Source: Candidatus Omnitrophota bacterium (GTDB taxonomy: Bacteria; Omnitrophota; Gorgyraeia; Gygaellales; Profunditerraquicolaceae). Taken from it: DNA of 63,915 nt. Where the stretch lies: the NCBI GenBank assembly GCA_043809145.1, contig JAZDED010000013.1, positions 1 through 63,915 on the forward strand, given 5' to 3'. Shown piece after piece: positions 18,718 through 29,351 of this stretch (the first letter of the stretch is position 1; every line of letters starts with the position of its first letter). The position numbers and the translations under genes are program-made. A model generated the notes under the pieces. It had not been told where the DNA came from. It did no database searches and saw only the letters and a list, made by a program, of their open reading frames with translations.

Positions 18718-21129
18718 ATGTTTAATCGTTTCACTGAAAGGGCAAGGAAAGTAATTATTCTGGCTAAAGAGGAAGCCAGGCGTTTTAATCACGATTACAT
18801 CGGGACCGAACATATTCTCCTGGGTTTAATCCGTGAGGGTGAAGGAGTAGCGGCTGTAGTCCTTGAAAAACTAGGGGCTTCTTTAGAGAATATACGTTTG
18901 GAGGTAGAGAAGTTGGTTCAGCCCGGTCCGGCAACCCAGATTATTGGAGACATACCTTTTACTCCGCGCGCGAAAAAGGCCTTGGAGCTGGCAGCAGAAG
19001 AAGCCAGAAGCCTCGGCCATAATTATATCGGCACAGAGCATCTTTTGTTAGGGCTTATTCGTGAAGAAGAGGGTGTGGCATCGCAGGTCATTTTAAATCT
19101 AGGTTTGGACTTGGAACAAGTTAGGAATAAGATTATGGAGGTTTTAGGTTCGGCTATTCCGGGATCGGACCAGAATCAGGCTAAGACTAAAACCCCTGCC
19201 CTGGATGTTTTTGGCAGAGATTTGATTACTTTAGCTAAAGACGATAAGCTTGATCCGGTAATTAACCGTAAAAATGAAATTGAACGGGTCATACAGATTT
19301 TAGGCCGCAGGACTAAGAATAATCCAGTATTGCTTGGAGAAGCCGGGGTAGGTAAAACTGCTATCGTGGAAGGTTTAGCCCAGGCTATTGTCGAGGGTAA
19401 TGTTCCCGAGGTATTAAGGCATAAGCGGATAGTGGTTTTGGATTTGGCTCTTATGGTTGCGGGAACAAAATATCGCGGACAATTCGAAGAAAGAATCAAG
19501 GCGGTTATGGAAGAAATCAAGCGTTCGCAGGACGTTATTATTTTTATCGATGAATTACACACTTTAGTCGGCGCCGGAGCTGCTGAGGGAGCAATCGATG
19601 CTTCTAATATCTTGAAGCCCGCTCTTTCGCGCGGGGAGATTCAGTGTATCGGGGCAACCACCCTTGATGAATACAGGAAGCATATCGAAAAGGATGCTGC
19701 TTTAGAAAGAAGGTTTCAGACGATTATGGTCGAGCCTCCTTCAATAGAGCAGACGATTGAGATTTTAAAAGGCCTGCGTGATAAATACGAGGCGCATCAC
19801 AAGGTAAGTTTTACCGATAGCGGCATTCAAGCAGCGGCTAAGTTTTCTGACCGTTATATCAGCGGTAGATTCTTACCGGATAAGGCCATTGACCTTATTG
19901 ATGAGGCTGGATCGCGGGCGCGATTAAATGTGCTAGTTGTGCCTCCGGAAGTTAAAAAACTCGAAGAGAAGATGGAGAATATTAGAAAAGAAAAAGAGAT
20001 TTTAATCAAGTCTCAGGATTTTGAAAAAGCTGCCGGATTAAGGGATCAGGAACGTCTCGCCCGCCAGGAATTAGAGGAACTTAATCGGGAATGGTCGCAG
20101 GCTAAGGATAAGATGCGTCCGGAGGTTAATGAAGAAGATATTGCCAAGATCGTATCGCAATGGACAGGGATACCTATCTTTAGGCTGGAGGAAAAGGAGA
20201 GCGAGAAATTATTAAAAATCGAAGACGAATTGCGTAAGCACGTAGTCGGGCAAGAGGAGGCTATATCAGCGATTGCCCATGCGGTCAGGCGTTCCCGCGC
20301 AGGCATAAAGGACCCTAAAAGGCCTATAGGTTCATTTGTTTTTTTAGGCCCTACGGGCGTAGGCAAGACTCTTTTAGCCAGGGCTTTGGCGGAATTCATG
20401 TTTGGTAATGAAAGTGCTCTTTTACAGCTGGATATGTCTGAGTATATGGAGAAAATCAATGTCTCGCGTTTACTTGGAGCTCCTCCGGGTTATGTGGGTT
20501 ATGAGGAGGGGGGGCAACTTACCGAGAGAGTAAGGCGCAGGCCTTATGCGGTAATTCTTCTAGATGAGATTGAAAAGGCTCATCCGGATGTTTTTAATCT
20601 ACTCCTGCAGGTTTTTGAAGAAGGAAGATTAACAGATAGTTTTGGCCGCAAGGTTGATTTCAGGAATACTATTGTGATTATGACTTCCAATGTTGGAGCA
20701 GAATTAATCCGGAAGAACAGCTCAATAGGTTTCCGTGACCATAAAGAAGAAGTAAATTACCAGGAGATGAAGGAGAAATTGCTGGAAGAGGTAAAACGCA
20801 CCTTTAAGCCGGAATTCTTAAACCGTATTGACGATATTATTGTTTTCAGGTCTTTAGTCAAGGAGGACTTACAGTGGATTGTAGATATCGAGATAGGTTA
20901 TGTAAACCAGCGTTTAAAGGAACATGGCTTATCGTTAGAAGTTACCCAGGAGGCCAAGGATTTGATTATTGAAAGAGGGTTCGATCCGGTTTTCGGAGCG
21001 CGGCCTCTAAAAAGGACAATCCAAAGGTTTTTAGAGGATCCTTTGGCGTCGGAGATAATTTCTAAAAAATTTAAAGAAGGCTCGCTGATCAAGGTTTTGC
21101 GTAAGGCGACCGAACTTTATTTTGAATAA
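18718..21129 (+). CDS. clpC: ATP-dependent Clp protease ATPase ClpC
   Basis: MFNRFTERARKV, two Clp-N repeats, GEAGVGKT and GPTGVGKT Walker A motifs, UVR coiled coil, FGARPL. Confidence 0.96.
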   Translation: MFNRFTERARKVIILAKEEARRFNHDYIGTEHILLGLIREGEGVAAVVLEKLGASLENIRLEVEKLVQPGPATQIIGDIPFTPRAKKALELAAEEARSLGHNYIGTEHLLLGLIREEEGVASQVILNLGLDLEQVRNKIMEVLGSAIPGSDQNQAKTKTPALDVFGRDLITLAKDDKLDPVINRKNEIERVIQILGRRTKNNPVLLGEAGVGKTAIVEGLAQAIVEGNVPEVLRHKRIVVLDLALMVAGTKYRGQFEERIKAVMEEIKRSQDVIIFIDELHTLVGAGAAEGAIDASNILKPALSRGEIQCIGATTLDEYRKHIEKDAALERRFQTIMVEPPSIEQTIEILKGLRDKYEAHHKVSFTDSGIQAAAKFSDRYISGRFLPDKAIDLIDEAGSRARLNVLVVPPEVKKLEEKMENIRKEKEILIKSQDFEKAAGLRDQERLARQELEELNREWSQAKDKMRPEVNEEDIAKIVSQWTGIPIFRLEEKESEKLLKIEDELRKHVVGQEEAISAIAHAVRRSRAGIKDPKRPIGSFVFLGPTGVGKTLLARALAEFMFGNESALLQLDMSEYMEKINVSRLLGAPPGYVGYEEGGQLTERVRRRPYAVILLDEIEKAHPDVFNLLLQVFEEGRLTDSFGRKVDFRNTIVIMTSNVGAELIRKNSSIGFRDHKEEVNYQEMKEKLLEEVKRTFKPEFLNRIDDIIVFRSLVKEDLQWIVDIEIGYVNQRLKEHGLSLEVTQEAKDLIIERGFDPVFGARPLKRTIQRFLEDPLASEIISKKFKEGSLIKVLRKATELYFE

Positions 21130-21137
21130 GGAGTTGA

Positions 21138-21923
21138 ATGTTTAAGTACCTATATATCCTAATAGGAAGGAACATTGTTTATCTGGTTTTTTTCTTAGGT
21201 GGGTTTACTAATCTGGCCTTACAGACTATTTATTGGACTTTTAGGCCTCCTTTTAAAACACGCAGGTTTCTTGAGCAGGTAAGAAAAACAGGCTCAGACA
21301 GCCTGCCTATTGTAGGCCTTATTTCATTATTCATTGGTGTTATATTTGCTTTTCAGATCTCTTATCTTATGCGCAGGATGGGTTCGGAGATGTATATTGC
21401 CAGCCTTGTTTCTCTATCTATAGTCAGGGAACTCGGGCCGGTAATAACTTCGCTTGTAGTCGCAGGCAGGGTGGGCGCGGCAATTACCGCCGAGATTGGT
21501 TCTATGCAAGTTACCGAGCAGGTTGATGCCTTGCAGACCTTAGCTACAAGCCCGGTGAAATACCTGGTTGTTCCACGGTTCTTGGCTTTAAGCCTTATGC
21601 TGCCTATTTTGACTCTTTACGCTAATATTATAGGAATTCTGGGAGGGTGGTTGATTTGCGTTTACAAATTAGGGATTACCTCTAGCATGTACTGGAATAT
21701 TGCTTTTGAGGCTTTGCAATTCAAAGATCTATTTACCGGATTGTTTAAGACGTTAATTTTCGGTATGGTTATTGCTTTTGTTAGCTGTTATGAAGGTTTT
21801 AATGTTAAGGGCGGGGCAGAAGGCGTGGGACAGGCAACTACCAGGTCAGTGGTATTATCTTTTGTTATGATTATCGCCTGCGACTGTTTTTTTACAGCTT
21901 TATTTTATTTTATCTTTCCCTAA
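21138..21923 (+). CDS. mlaE: MlaE family lipid ABC transporter permease
   Basis: VRELGPVIT, AGRVGAAITAEIGSMQVTEQVDAL, GGAEGVGQATT. Confidence 0.92.
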   Translation: MFKYLYILIGRNIVYLVFFLGGFTNLALQTIYWTFRPPFKTRRFLEQVRKTGSDSLPIVGLISLFIGVIFAFQISYLMRRMGSEMYIASLVSLSIVRELGPVITSLVVAGRVGAAITAEIGSMQVTEQVDALQTLATSPVKYLVVPRFLALSLMLPILTLYANIIGILGGWLICVYKLGITSSMYWNIAFEALQFKDLFTGLFKTLIFGMVIAFVSCYEGFNVKGGAEGVGQATTRSVVLSFVMIIACDCFFTALFYFIFP

Positions 21924-21924
21924 G

Positions 21925-22680
21925 ATGACGGTTATAGAGTTAGAAGGATTGAGTAAACAATTTAATTCTCACAGGGTCCTGATTGATCTCAGTTTAAAAA
22001 TTGAGCGAGGCTCGACCTTGGTTGTAATCGGCCGCTCCGGGTGCGGCAAGAGCGTTATGTTAAAACATATAATGGGTTTAATAAAGCCGGATGCGGGAAA
22101 GGTTATGATTGAGGGTAGGGATTTTTGGAAACTAAATGGGGACGAGCAGAACCAGATTGTTTCTCGGATGAATATGGTTTTTCAAGGCGGGGCATTATTT
22201 GATTCCCTTAGCGTGGGTGAGAATGTAGGATTTGAGATCATTGAACATAACTTAGTTGGAAAATCAGAGCTCCAATTCCGCGTAAAGGAGGCTCTGTCTC
22301 TGGTCGGCCTCTCAGGAATTAATAATCTTATGCCTGCGGAATTAAGCGGAGGCATGCGTAAACGCGTGGCGTTGGCCAGGGCATTGTGTATGCGGCCGGA
22401 AATTATCCTATATGATGAGCCCACGACCGGAGTCGACCCTATTACCGCTGATAGTATTAATGAACTTATTAAGGACTTGCACGACAAATTAAAAGTTACT
22501 TCTATAGTAGTCACGCATGATATGAAGAGCGCCTATAAGGTTGCGGATCAAGTTGCCATGCTTTATAACGGAAAAATTATTGCTTTCGGTACTCCACTCG
22601 AGATTCAGGAGAGCGCGGATCCGGTAGTACATCAGTTTATTAATGGTTTGGCCAAAGGCCCAATAACAGATTACGAGTAG
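21925..22680 (+). CDS. mlaF: MlaF family ABC ATP-binding protein
   Basis: GRSGCGKS, LSGGMRKRVALARA, LYDEPTTGVDP, VTHD. Confidence 0.9.
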   Translation: MTVIELEGLSKQFNSHRVLIDLSLKIERGSTLVVIGRSGCGKSVMLKHIMGLIKPDAGKVMIEGRDFWKLNGDEQNQIVSRMNMVFQGGALFDSLSVGENVGFEIIEHNLVGKSELQFRVKEALSLVGLSGINNLMPAELSGGMRKRVALARALCMRPEIILYDEPTTGVDPITADSINELIKDLHDKLKVTSIVVTHDMKSAYKVADQVAMLYNGKIIAFGTPLEIQESADPVVHQFINGLAKGPITDYE

Positions 22681-22706
22681 GCTTAATCTATAAACGGAGG
22701 TAGGCT

Positions 22707-23354
22707 ATGGAATTTGGGAAGACGAGGGTAGAATATAAAATAGGTTTTTTTGTTTTTACAGGATTAATCATACTTGTAATCTTTATTTTGATGATCGGAG
22801 ACCTTAAACACGCCTTTTCCAAACATAAAATAAACTTTATTTTTAATTTTGTTAATGGGGTCAAAATCGGTGCTCCAGTTAGATATGCCGGTTTGGATAT
22901 AGGAGAAATCAGGGATATGAAATTAATAACCTCTGAAGACGGAAAGTCTACTCTGGTTAAGCTGGAGGGTTGGGTAAAGCAGGAAATTAAGATTCCCATT
23001 GATTCCCAGGTTTGGGTGAATACTCTCGGCCTTTTAGGAGAGAAGTATGTGGAGATTATGCCTGGAAAAGACACTAAAAGATTTGTAGGGTATAATGGAA
23101 AGATGACAGGTAATGATCCTTTCGCCATGCAGGAATTTGGCGAATTGGGGCGCTCCATAGCTATTAAATTGGATAATGTTCTGACTGAAGTCCAGGATTT
23201 AGCCAGGTCGTTTGATGAGGGAATCACTCGCGTTAAAAATAAGGAAGGAACGGTTGGAAAGTTGCTTTATCAGGACGAGATCTATAATGATCTAAGGGAT
23301 ATGGTGCAGGACCTAAAAAAGCACCCCTGGAAGTTATTCTGGAAAACAAAATAG
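22707..23354 (+). CDS. mlaD: MlaD/MCE domain protein
   Basis: N-terminal TM helix, GVKIGAPVRYAG, TLGLLGEKYVEI. Confidence 0.88.
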   Translation: MEFGKTRVEYKIGFFVFTGLIILVIFILMIGDLKHAFSKHKINFIFNFVNGVKIGAPVRYAGLDIGEIRDMKLITSEDGKSTLVKLEGWVKQEIKIPIDSQVWVNTLGLLGEKYVEIMPGKDTKRFVGYNGKMTGNDPFAMQEFGELGRSIAIKLDNVLTEVQDLARSFDEGITRVKNKEGTVGKLLYQDEIYNDLRDMVQDLKKHPWKLFWKTK

Positions 23355-23356
23355 AT

Positions 23357-24739
23357 ATGTCCATTAAGACTAAAACTATATTTTCCTGTCAGACTTGCGG
23401 ATTCCAATCTCCCAAATGGCTGGGTAAATGCCCTGACTGTAATACCTGGAATGCTTTCGTAGAAGAGGATTATCAGCCAATAAACCCCAAAATTAAAGAG
23501 CGCGTTATTTCTTTATATAAAGATACCCCAGTCTTATTAAAAGATGTCCAGGAGAATGATTCTTCAAGGATTAAAATCGGCATTGATGAGTTGGACCGGG
23601 TTTTAGGAGGGGGGATAGTCCGGGGGTCGGTTGTTTTAATAGGCGGAGATCCGGGTATCGGTAAATCTACGCTGTCGCTTCAAATATCCAACCAGCTTGC
23701 AGGTAAGGGGCATACTGTCTTATATGTAAGTTCAGAGGAATCGGTTATACAGACCAAGATGCGGGCTAAGCGTTTGGGTACAGGGATAAAAGAGGGTGAT
23801 CTTTATATTGTTAATCAGGTCGACCTTTCTTGTATTTTAGAATATATAAAAAAGATAAAACCGCATTTGGTCATTATTGATTCTATTCAGGTAATATTTG
23901 AGCCGAGTATCAGTTCTTCGGCCGGAAGCGTCAGTCAGGTAAGGGAGTGCGCCGGATTACTTACGCAGCTGGCTAAAACCACCGGAATCCCTATTTTTAT
24001 TATCGGCCATGTTACTAAAGAGGGGATGATTGCCGGTCCGCGCGTATTGGAGCATATTGTGGATACCGTGCTTTATTTTGAAGGAGACAGATTCGCCGTA
24101 TACAGGATATTGCGGGCAGTAAAGAATAGATTTGGCTCTACTAATGAAATCGGAGTATTTGAAATGACTTCCTCGGGCCTTAAAGAGGTAAGAAACCCAT
24201 CGGAGATATTTCTATCCGAGAGGCCTAAACAGGCATCAGGTTCAGTGGTAGTGCCGATTATGGAGGGCAGCCGTCCTGTGTTGGTTGAAATTCAGGCGCT
24301 GGTAGCTAAAAGTAGTTTTGGTTATGCCCAGCGTAGAGCCCAAGGATTTGATTCTAACCGGCTGTCTTTATTGGTTGCGGTTTTGGAAAAAAGGATCGGT
24401 TTGAGCCTGGAAAATGAGGATATTTTTGTCAATGTTGCCGGAGGCATTAAAATAGAAGATCCGGCAGCTGATTTGGCAGTAGCAGTGGCAGTTGCTTCTT
24501 CTTTTCTGGAAAAGCTGGTTATTGATCAGGCGGTAGTTTTAGGGGAGGTAGGATTAGGGGGAGAACTAAGAGGGACTACTCAGGTAGCCTTGCGTATTAA
24601 CGAAGCAGCTAAATTAGGGTTTAAGCACGCTATTATACCAAAGAATAATACCAAAGGCCTTGATTATAAGAAAGATTTAATTGAATTATCTGCGGCTTCT
24701 GTTCTTAAGGAGGCTCTGGATATTGCGCTAAGGGGGTAA
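23357..24739 (+). CDS. radA: DNA repair protein RadA/Sms
   Basis: [29 protein letters not shown]. Confidence 0.96.
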   Translation: MSIKTKTIFSCQTCGFQSPKWLGKCPDCNTWNAFVEEDYQPINPKIKERVISLYKDTPVLLKDVQENDSSRIKIGIDELDRVLGGGIVRGSVVLIGGDPGIGKSTLSLQISNQLAGKGHTVLYVSSEESVIQTKMRAKRLGTGIKEGDLYIVNQVDLSCILEYIKKIKPHLVIIDSIQVIFEPSISSSAGSVSQVRECAGLLTQLAKTTGIPIFIIGHVTKEGMIAGPRVLEHIVDTVLYFEGDRFAVYRILRAVKNRFGSTNEIGVFEMTSSGLKEVRNPSEIFLSERPKQASGSVVVPIMEGSRPVLVEIQALVAKSSFGYAQRRAQGFDSNRLSLLVAVLEKRIGLSLENEDIFVNVAGGIKIEDPAADLAVAVAVASSFLEKLVIDQAVVLGEVGLGGELRGTTQVALRINEAAKLGFKHAIIPKNNTKGLDYKKDLIELSAASVLKEALDIALRG

Positions 24740-24740
24740 C

Positions 24741-25721
24741 ATGAATATTCTATCTATTCGTATTATTTTCGTATGCTTGAGTTTATTTGTAGGCTATCAG
24801 GTAATGGATCCTTTTGGAAAAGGGTTCCTGGGAATTTTTGTTGGAATTGGGGCCAGCTTATTGATTATTGGTTTGGAGATGGGAATGCGCCGGGTTTCCA
24901 CCCGGGGGCTTTCCAGCGGCGTCTTCGGGTTAATCCTGGGTTTAATTATGTCCAAGCTTGTGGGCGATGCCATAAGCCTTACCGCTATGCCGCATTATAT
25001 GCTGTCTACGCTGAAAGTGGGTTTGACAGTAATATTTTCTTATCTATGTATGGTAGTTGCTTTAAGGGGCCAGGATGAATTCAGCCTGGTGATACCCTAT
25101 ATAAGATTGCGCCGCCAGGACCAGGTAGAAGAGGCAATATTATTGGATACCAGCGTAATTATCGATGGAAGGATCCAGGATATCTTAAGAACGAAATTTA
25201 TTGATGGCAAGATTATTGTGCCTCGTTTTGTGCTTAAGGAGCTGCAGCAGATTGCCGATTCTACAGATTCGATTAAGCGCCAGCGCGGCCGTCGCGGATT
25301 AGAAATACTCAACAGCCTGCAGAAGGCCGATTCTTTTAGTGTAACTATAAATGAAGAAGACCTGCCTGACCTCAAGGAGGTTGATGCCAAGCTGGTAAGG
25401 CTGGCCAAGATTATTGACGCCAAGATTCTTACTGTTGATTTTAATCTTAACCGGGTAGCGAGCCTGGAAGGGGTCACGGTTTTAAATATCAACGAATTGG
25501 CCAACTCATTAAAAATGGTTCTTTTTCCCGGTGAGCATATGCAGATTAAGCTTTTAAAAGAAGGCAAGGAATTCAATCAGGCTATAGGATATTTAGATGA
25601 CGGTACCATGGTTGTGGTTGAAGACGCCCGTAAGTTTATAGGCCAGGAGATGCGGGTAGTTGTTACTTCAGTATTGCAGACTCCTGCGGGAAGGATGATT
25701 TTTACTAAGATTATCCGCTAG
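24741..25721 (+). CDS. Membrane PIN/TRAM domain protein (YacL family)
   Basis: N-terminal TM helices, [35 protein letters not shown]. Confidence 0.92.
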   Translation: MNILSIRIIFVCLSLFVGYQVMDPFGKGFLGIFVGIGASLLIIGLEMGMRRVSTRGLSSGVFGLILGLIMSKLVGDAISLTAMPHYMLSTLKVGLTVIFSYLCMVVALRGQDEFSLVIPYIRLRRQDQVEEAILLDTSVIIDGRIQDILRTKFIDGKIIVPRFVLKELQQIADSTDSIKRQRGRRGLEILNSLQKADSFSVTINEEDLPDLKEVDAKLVRLAKIIDAKILTVDFNLNRVASLEGVTVLNINELANSLKMVLFPGEHMQIKLLKEGKEFNQAIGYLDDGTMVVVEDARKFIGQEMRVVVTSVLQTPAGRMIFTKIIR

Positions 25722-25777
25722 GCGGATTAGAGATAATCTTCACCTGTTTTTTTTAGAACATATTAATTAATCAATAA

Positions 25778-26497
25778 ATGTATTTATCAGCGATAGTCTT
25801 GGCTGCTGGGAAAAGCTCAAGGTTTGAAAATAAGGTTTCTAAGCCCCTTGTTTATTTGGCCGGTCGTCCGGTGATAACTCATTCACTAAAAAACCTGGCC
25901 AAAAACAGACAGATAAAAGACATAATAGTCGTAGTAAATTCTTCCAATAAAGACAAAATCGCTTGGGCAATAAAAAAATACAGGATTAATAAAATTTCAG
26001 GAATTGTATTAGGTGGCCGTAGAAGGCAGGATTCAGTGTTTAACGGGCTTAAGGCTATTGATGATAAAACAGGCCTAGTTTTGATTCATGATGCTGCCCG
26101 GCCGCTTGTCGGGCAAAAAACAATTCTTGCGGTTATTCGGCAGGCAAAGCGGACAGGAGCGGCGATTACGGGAGTTCCGGTAAAGTCGACGATAAAAGAA
26201 GTCCGCAGGCCGCAGTCCACAGGCCAGAGCTGTCCCATGGTTAAGAAAAATATTGATAGAATAAATCTCTGGGAGGCGCAGACTCCCCAGGTGTTTAAAA
26301 AAGAAATAATCTTGAGGGCTTATGACAGGTTTAATAATGAAGATTTTACTGACGATGCAACTTTAGTGGAGAAATTAGGCGTGTCGGTCAACATAATTAT
26401 GGGAGCTTATTCGAATATTAAAATAACTATACCTGAGGATCTGGCAATTGCTGAAGCAATTCTAAAAAAAGGTAAAGGTAAAGAGAACCATGATTAG
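25778..26497 (+). CDS. ispD: 2-C-methyl-D-erythritol 4-phosphate cytidylyltransferase
   Basis: LAAGKSSRF, LIHDAARP, AQTPQVF, TDDA, NIKIT. Confidence 0.94.
   Translation: MYLSAIVLAAGKSSRFENKVSKPLVYLAGRPVITHSLKNLAKNRQIKDIIVVVNSSNKDKIAWAIKKYRINKISGIVLGGRRRQDSVFNGLKAIDDKTGLVLIHDAARPLVGQKTILAVIRQAKRTGAAITGVPVKSTIKEVRRPQSTGQSCPMVKKNIDRINLWEAQTPQVFKKEIILRAYDRFNNEDFTDDATLVEKLGVSVNIIMGAYSNIKITIPEDLAIAEAILKKGKGKENHD
26201..26228. repeat. 4 x 7-nt tandem repeat inside ispD
   Basis: GTCCGCA GGCCGCA GTCCACA GGCCAGA. Confidence 0.7.
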
Positions 26498-26963
26498 AAT
26501 TGGTATAGGTTATGATATCCATCGTTTAGTAAAGGGGCGTAAACTAATTTTGGGCGGGGTAGCAATTCCGTATTCCAAGGGCTTGTCCGGACATTCTGAT
26601 GCGGATGCGCTAATACACGCTATTTGTGACGCGCTGCTGGGGGCTGCTGCTTTGGGAGATATCGGCGAACATTTTCCGGACACCGATAAGCGCTATGAGG
26701 GAATATCCAGCGTAAAACTATTGACCAGGGTTCTGGCTCTTTTGAAGAAAAGAAAATTAAGTATAAATAATATTGATTGCATAATTATAGCCCAGGAACC
26801 AAAGCTTATTCTCTATAAAAATCAAATCCGAAGCAATATTTCGCGGCTTCTCGGGATAAAAGAAAGTTGCTTAAATGTAAAAGCTAAAACCAATGAAGGG
26901 TTAGGCGAACTTGGGAAACAAAAAGCTATTGCAGTCTATGCCGCTTGCCTGGTTGAAGCTTAG
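26490..26963 (+). CDS. ispF: 2-C-methyl-D-erythritol 2,4-cyclodiphosphate synthase
   Basis: RIGIGYDIHRL, GHSDAD..HAICDA, DIGEHFPD, KAKTNEGL. Confidence 0.96.
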   Translation: MIRIGIGYDIHRLVKGRKLILGGVAIPYSKGLSGHSDADALIHAICDALLGAAALGDIGEHFPDTDKRYEGISSVKLLTRVLALLKKRKLSINNIDCIIIAQEPKLILYKNQIRSNISRLLGIKESCLNVKAKTNEGLGELGKQKAIAVYAACLVEA

Positions 26964-27014
26964 AAACTAGCGGAGTTTCGCTGGATGCGCCTAGCGGCGC
27001 ATTTTGGTGCTCAA

Positions 27015-27094
27015 GCTCCAATAGGGTGAGTATTAAACTATCGCTATTGGAGTAAATTTGGACACGAGAAAACTATGCAAATTTAGGAGGGTAG
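27015..27094 (+). repeat. Double-hairpin/SD leader element, copy 3 (before cysE)
   Basis: GCTCCAATAG..CTATTGGAGT stem, TAAATTTG..CAAATTTA stem, then GGAGGGTAG. Shares identical 22-nt and 19-nt blocks with copy 1. Confidence 0.85.
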
Positions 27095-27097
27095 AGG

Positions 27098-27781
27098 ATG
27101 ATTCTGACTTTTAATATAATATTTATCCTTATAATTTTATCTGTATTAAAAGTTGTCATACTTTCTTTTGTTTTTTCCGAGGAGATTGAGGCGGCAAAGA
27201 AAAAGGACCCGGCAGCCAAGAGCAGGTTTGAGATTATTTTGTTATATCCCGGGTTGCACGCGTTAATCATTTATCGTGTCGCGCATTTCTTATACCGCCG
27301 GCACATGTTTATTCTAGCGCGCCTCCTAAGCCAGATAGCCAGGTTTCTTACGGGTATCGAGATTCACCCGGGAGCCAGCATTGGTAGAAGATTTTTTATA
27401 GACCATGGAATGGGTGTAGTTATCGGAGAGACTACGATTATTCAAGATGATGTGCTTTTGTATCAAGGAGTTACGCTGGGAGGTTCTAGCCTAGAACATG
27501 GTAAACGCCACCCGACTATAGGCAATAATGTTGTTATCGGTACCGGAGCCAAGGTTTTGGGTAATATTATTATCGGTGATAATTCTTATATTGGGGCAAA
27601 CGCAGTAGTGATTAAGGATGTGCCTCCTAATTCCACCGTAGTAGGCGTGCCGGGAAAAATTACCAAGCAGGATGGCAAGAAGCTCGATGTGAATTTGGAC
27701 CACACACATGTTCTTGATCCGATAATGCAGAATATCGAGGAGATAGAGAAGAGGATCAAGGATTTAGAGAATAATAATTAA
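27098..27781 (+). CDS. cysE: Serine O-acetyltransferase
   Basis: [42 protein letters not shown]. Confidence 0.95.
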   Translation: MILTFNIIFILIILSVLKVVILSFVFSEEIEAAKKKDPAAKSRFEIILLYPGLHALIIYRVAHFLYRRHMFILARLLSQIARFLTGIEIHPGASIGRRFFIDHGMGVVIGETTIIQDDVLLYQGVTLGGSSLEHGKRHPTIGNNVVIGTGAKVLGNIIIGDNSYIGANAVVIKDVPPNSTVVGVPGKITKQDGKKLDVNLDHTHVLDPIMQNIEEIEKRIKDLENNN

Positions 27782-27838
27782 GCAAAAGAGCAGAATTAAT
27801 TCAGATTATCGGTATATACAGTTTTAAACTCTCATACA

Positions 27839-29314
27839 ATGTCTATACACATATATAATTCTTTATCCCGCCAAAAGATTCCTTTTGAGCCGATAGATCC
27901 TCAAGAGATTAAAATGTATGTCTGCGGGCCTACGGTTTATGATGAGCCGCATATAGGGCATGCCCGAAGCGCTTATATCTTTGATGTTATCTGCCGCTAC
28001 CTGGAATTCAAAGGTTTCAAGGTAAAGTTTGTGCGCAATGTCACTGACGTGGATGATAAAATAATTGATAAGGCCAAAAAAGAATATCCGGGTGAAGATT
28101 TAAATACTGCATTTAAAAAAGTAGCTGATAAATACCTTGTTTCTTACCACCAGGCCTTAAGGAATTTAGGGATTAAATCCGAGCCCCCGGATATCTATGA
28201 ACCAAAGGCAAGCGAATATATCGCTAAGATGATTAGCTTTATCCAGGAATTGATTAGGCGCGGCAATGCCTATTTGGCAGGAGGGGATGTTTATTTTGAT
28301 ATTACCAAGGCTAAGGATTACGGGAAACTCTCCCACCAGTCTTTGGATAAGATGGAACCTGGTAGTAGAGTATCTTCGATAGAGAATAAAAAGAATCCTC
28401 TGGATTTTGCCTTGTGGAAATCCGCCAAGGAAAACGAGCCTTTCTGGGATAGCCCCTGGGGCAAAGGGCGCCCGGGTTGGCATATCGAATGTTCTGTGAT
28501 GAGTTCGGATATTTTAGGCGATGAGTTTGACATCCATGGCGGGGGTATGGATCTTATTTTTCCTCACCATGAGAATGAAGTAGCCCAGTCAGAAGGCGCA
28601 GGCAAAAAGTTCGCCCGCTACTGGATTCATCATGGCCTATTGACTATCAACGGCCAAAAGATGGCTAAGTCTCTGGGGAATTTCATCACCGTAGAGGATT
28701 TTCTTGCCAAGCACAAGGACGCAGACCTTTTGAAACTACTATTCCTTTCTACGCATTATTCGCATCCGGTGGATTATACTGAGGAGAAAATAAAAGTGAC
28801 TGAGAAACAAAAATATGATTTCAATACATTTTTCCAAAAGGTTTCTACCTGGAAGCAGATTTGGAATTATTGGATTTCTCAGCCAGAGTTAGTTTCTTTA
28901 AGAGCTAAGACTAAATCAAAGTTTTCAAATAAGGACAAAGAAAAAGTTGATAATACCGCTGAAAGCTTTGAAAAAGCGATGGATGATGATTTTAATGCAC
29001 CTAAGGCTTTAGGCTATTTATTTGAACTTAGAGATTTAGGTTTAAAGCTTATTTCATCTGATACGGAAGAAGGATTCAGTTACATAGAACTTTTATTGGA
29101 AAAATTTCTTAATTTATTTGGGATTTCTGTAAAAGGTTACATTTTATCCAAAGATGAATTAAAGTTATGTATCGATTCAGAGATTGCAAGAATAAAAAAA
29201 GATTATCAAAAATCTGATGCGTTGCGTGTCGCAGCTACGGGCGATTTTAATATTACTGTTAGTAATACTGCTGGTAGCATAGTTATTAACGTAGCAAAAA
29301 TATACAAAGTTTAG
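27839..29314 (+). CDS. cysS: Cysteine--tRNA ligase (divergent C-terminus)
   Basis: CGPTVYD..HIGHAR, GRPGWHIECS, HGGGMDLIFPHHENE, KMAKS, AMDDDFN. Confidence 0.95.
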   Translation: MSIHIYNSLSRQKIPFEPIDPQEIKMYVCGPTVYDEPHIGHARSAYIFDVICRYLEFKGFKVKFVRNVTDVDDKIIDKAKKEYPGEDLNTAFKKVADKYLVSYHQALRNLGIKSEPPDIYEPKASEYIAKMISFIQELIRRGNAYLAGGDVYFDITKAKDYGKLSHQSLDKMEPGSRVSSIENKKNPLDFALWKSAKENEPFWDSPWGKGRPGWHIECSVMSSDILGDEFDIHGGGMDLIFPHHENEVAQSEGAGKKFARYWIHHGLLTINGQKMAKSLGNFITVEDFLAKHKDADLLKLLFLSTHYSHPVDYTEEKIKVTEKQKYDFNTFFQKVSTWKQIWNYWISQPELVSLRAKTKSKFSNKDKEKVDNTAESFEKAMDDDFNAPKALGYLFELRDLGLKLISSDTEEGFSYIELLLEKFLNLFGISVKGYILSKDELKLCIDSEIARIKKDYQKSDALRVAATGDFNITVSNTAGSIVINVAKIYKV

Positions 29315-29351
29315 GAATAATGCTTTAATGTTTCTGAATCTTTGATAATTT

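Noticed and set aside
16083-27094. The three repeated leader elements as a CRISPR array, CIRCE or CtsR operators
   Set aside because: The copies are kilobases apart with no spacers or cas genes, and they match neither TTAGCACTC-N9-GAGTGCTAA nor the GGTCAAA heptad repeats.
26964-27097. T-box leader for cysE-cysS
   Set aside because: Too short, with no AGGGUGGNACCGCG T-box, specifier stem or terminator.
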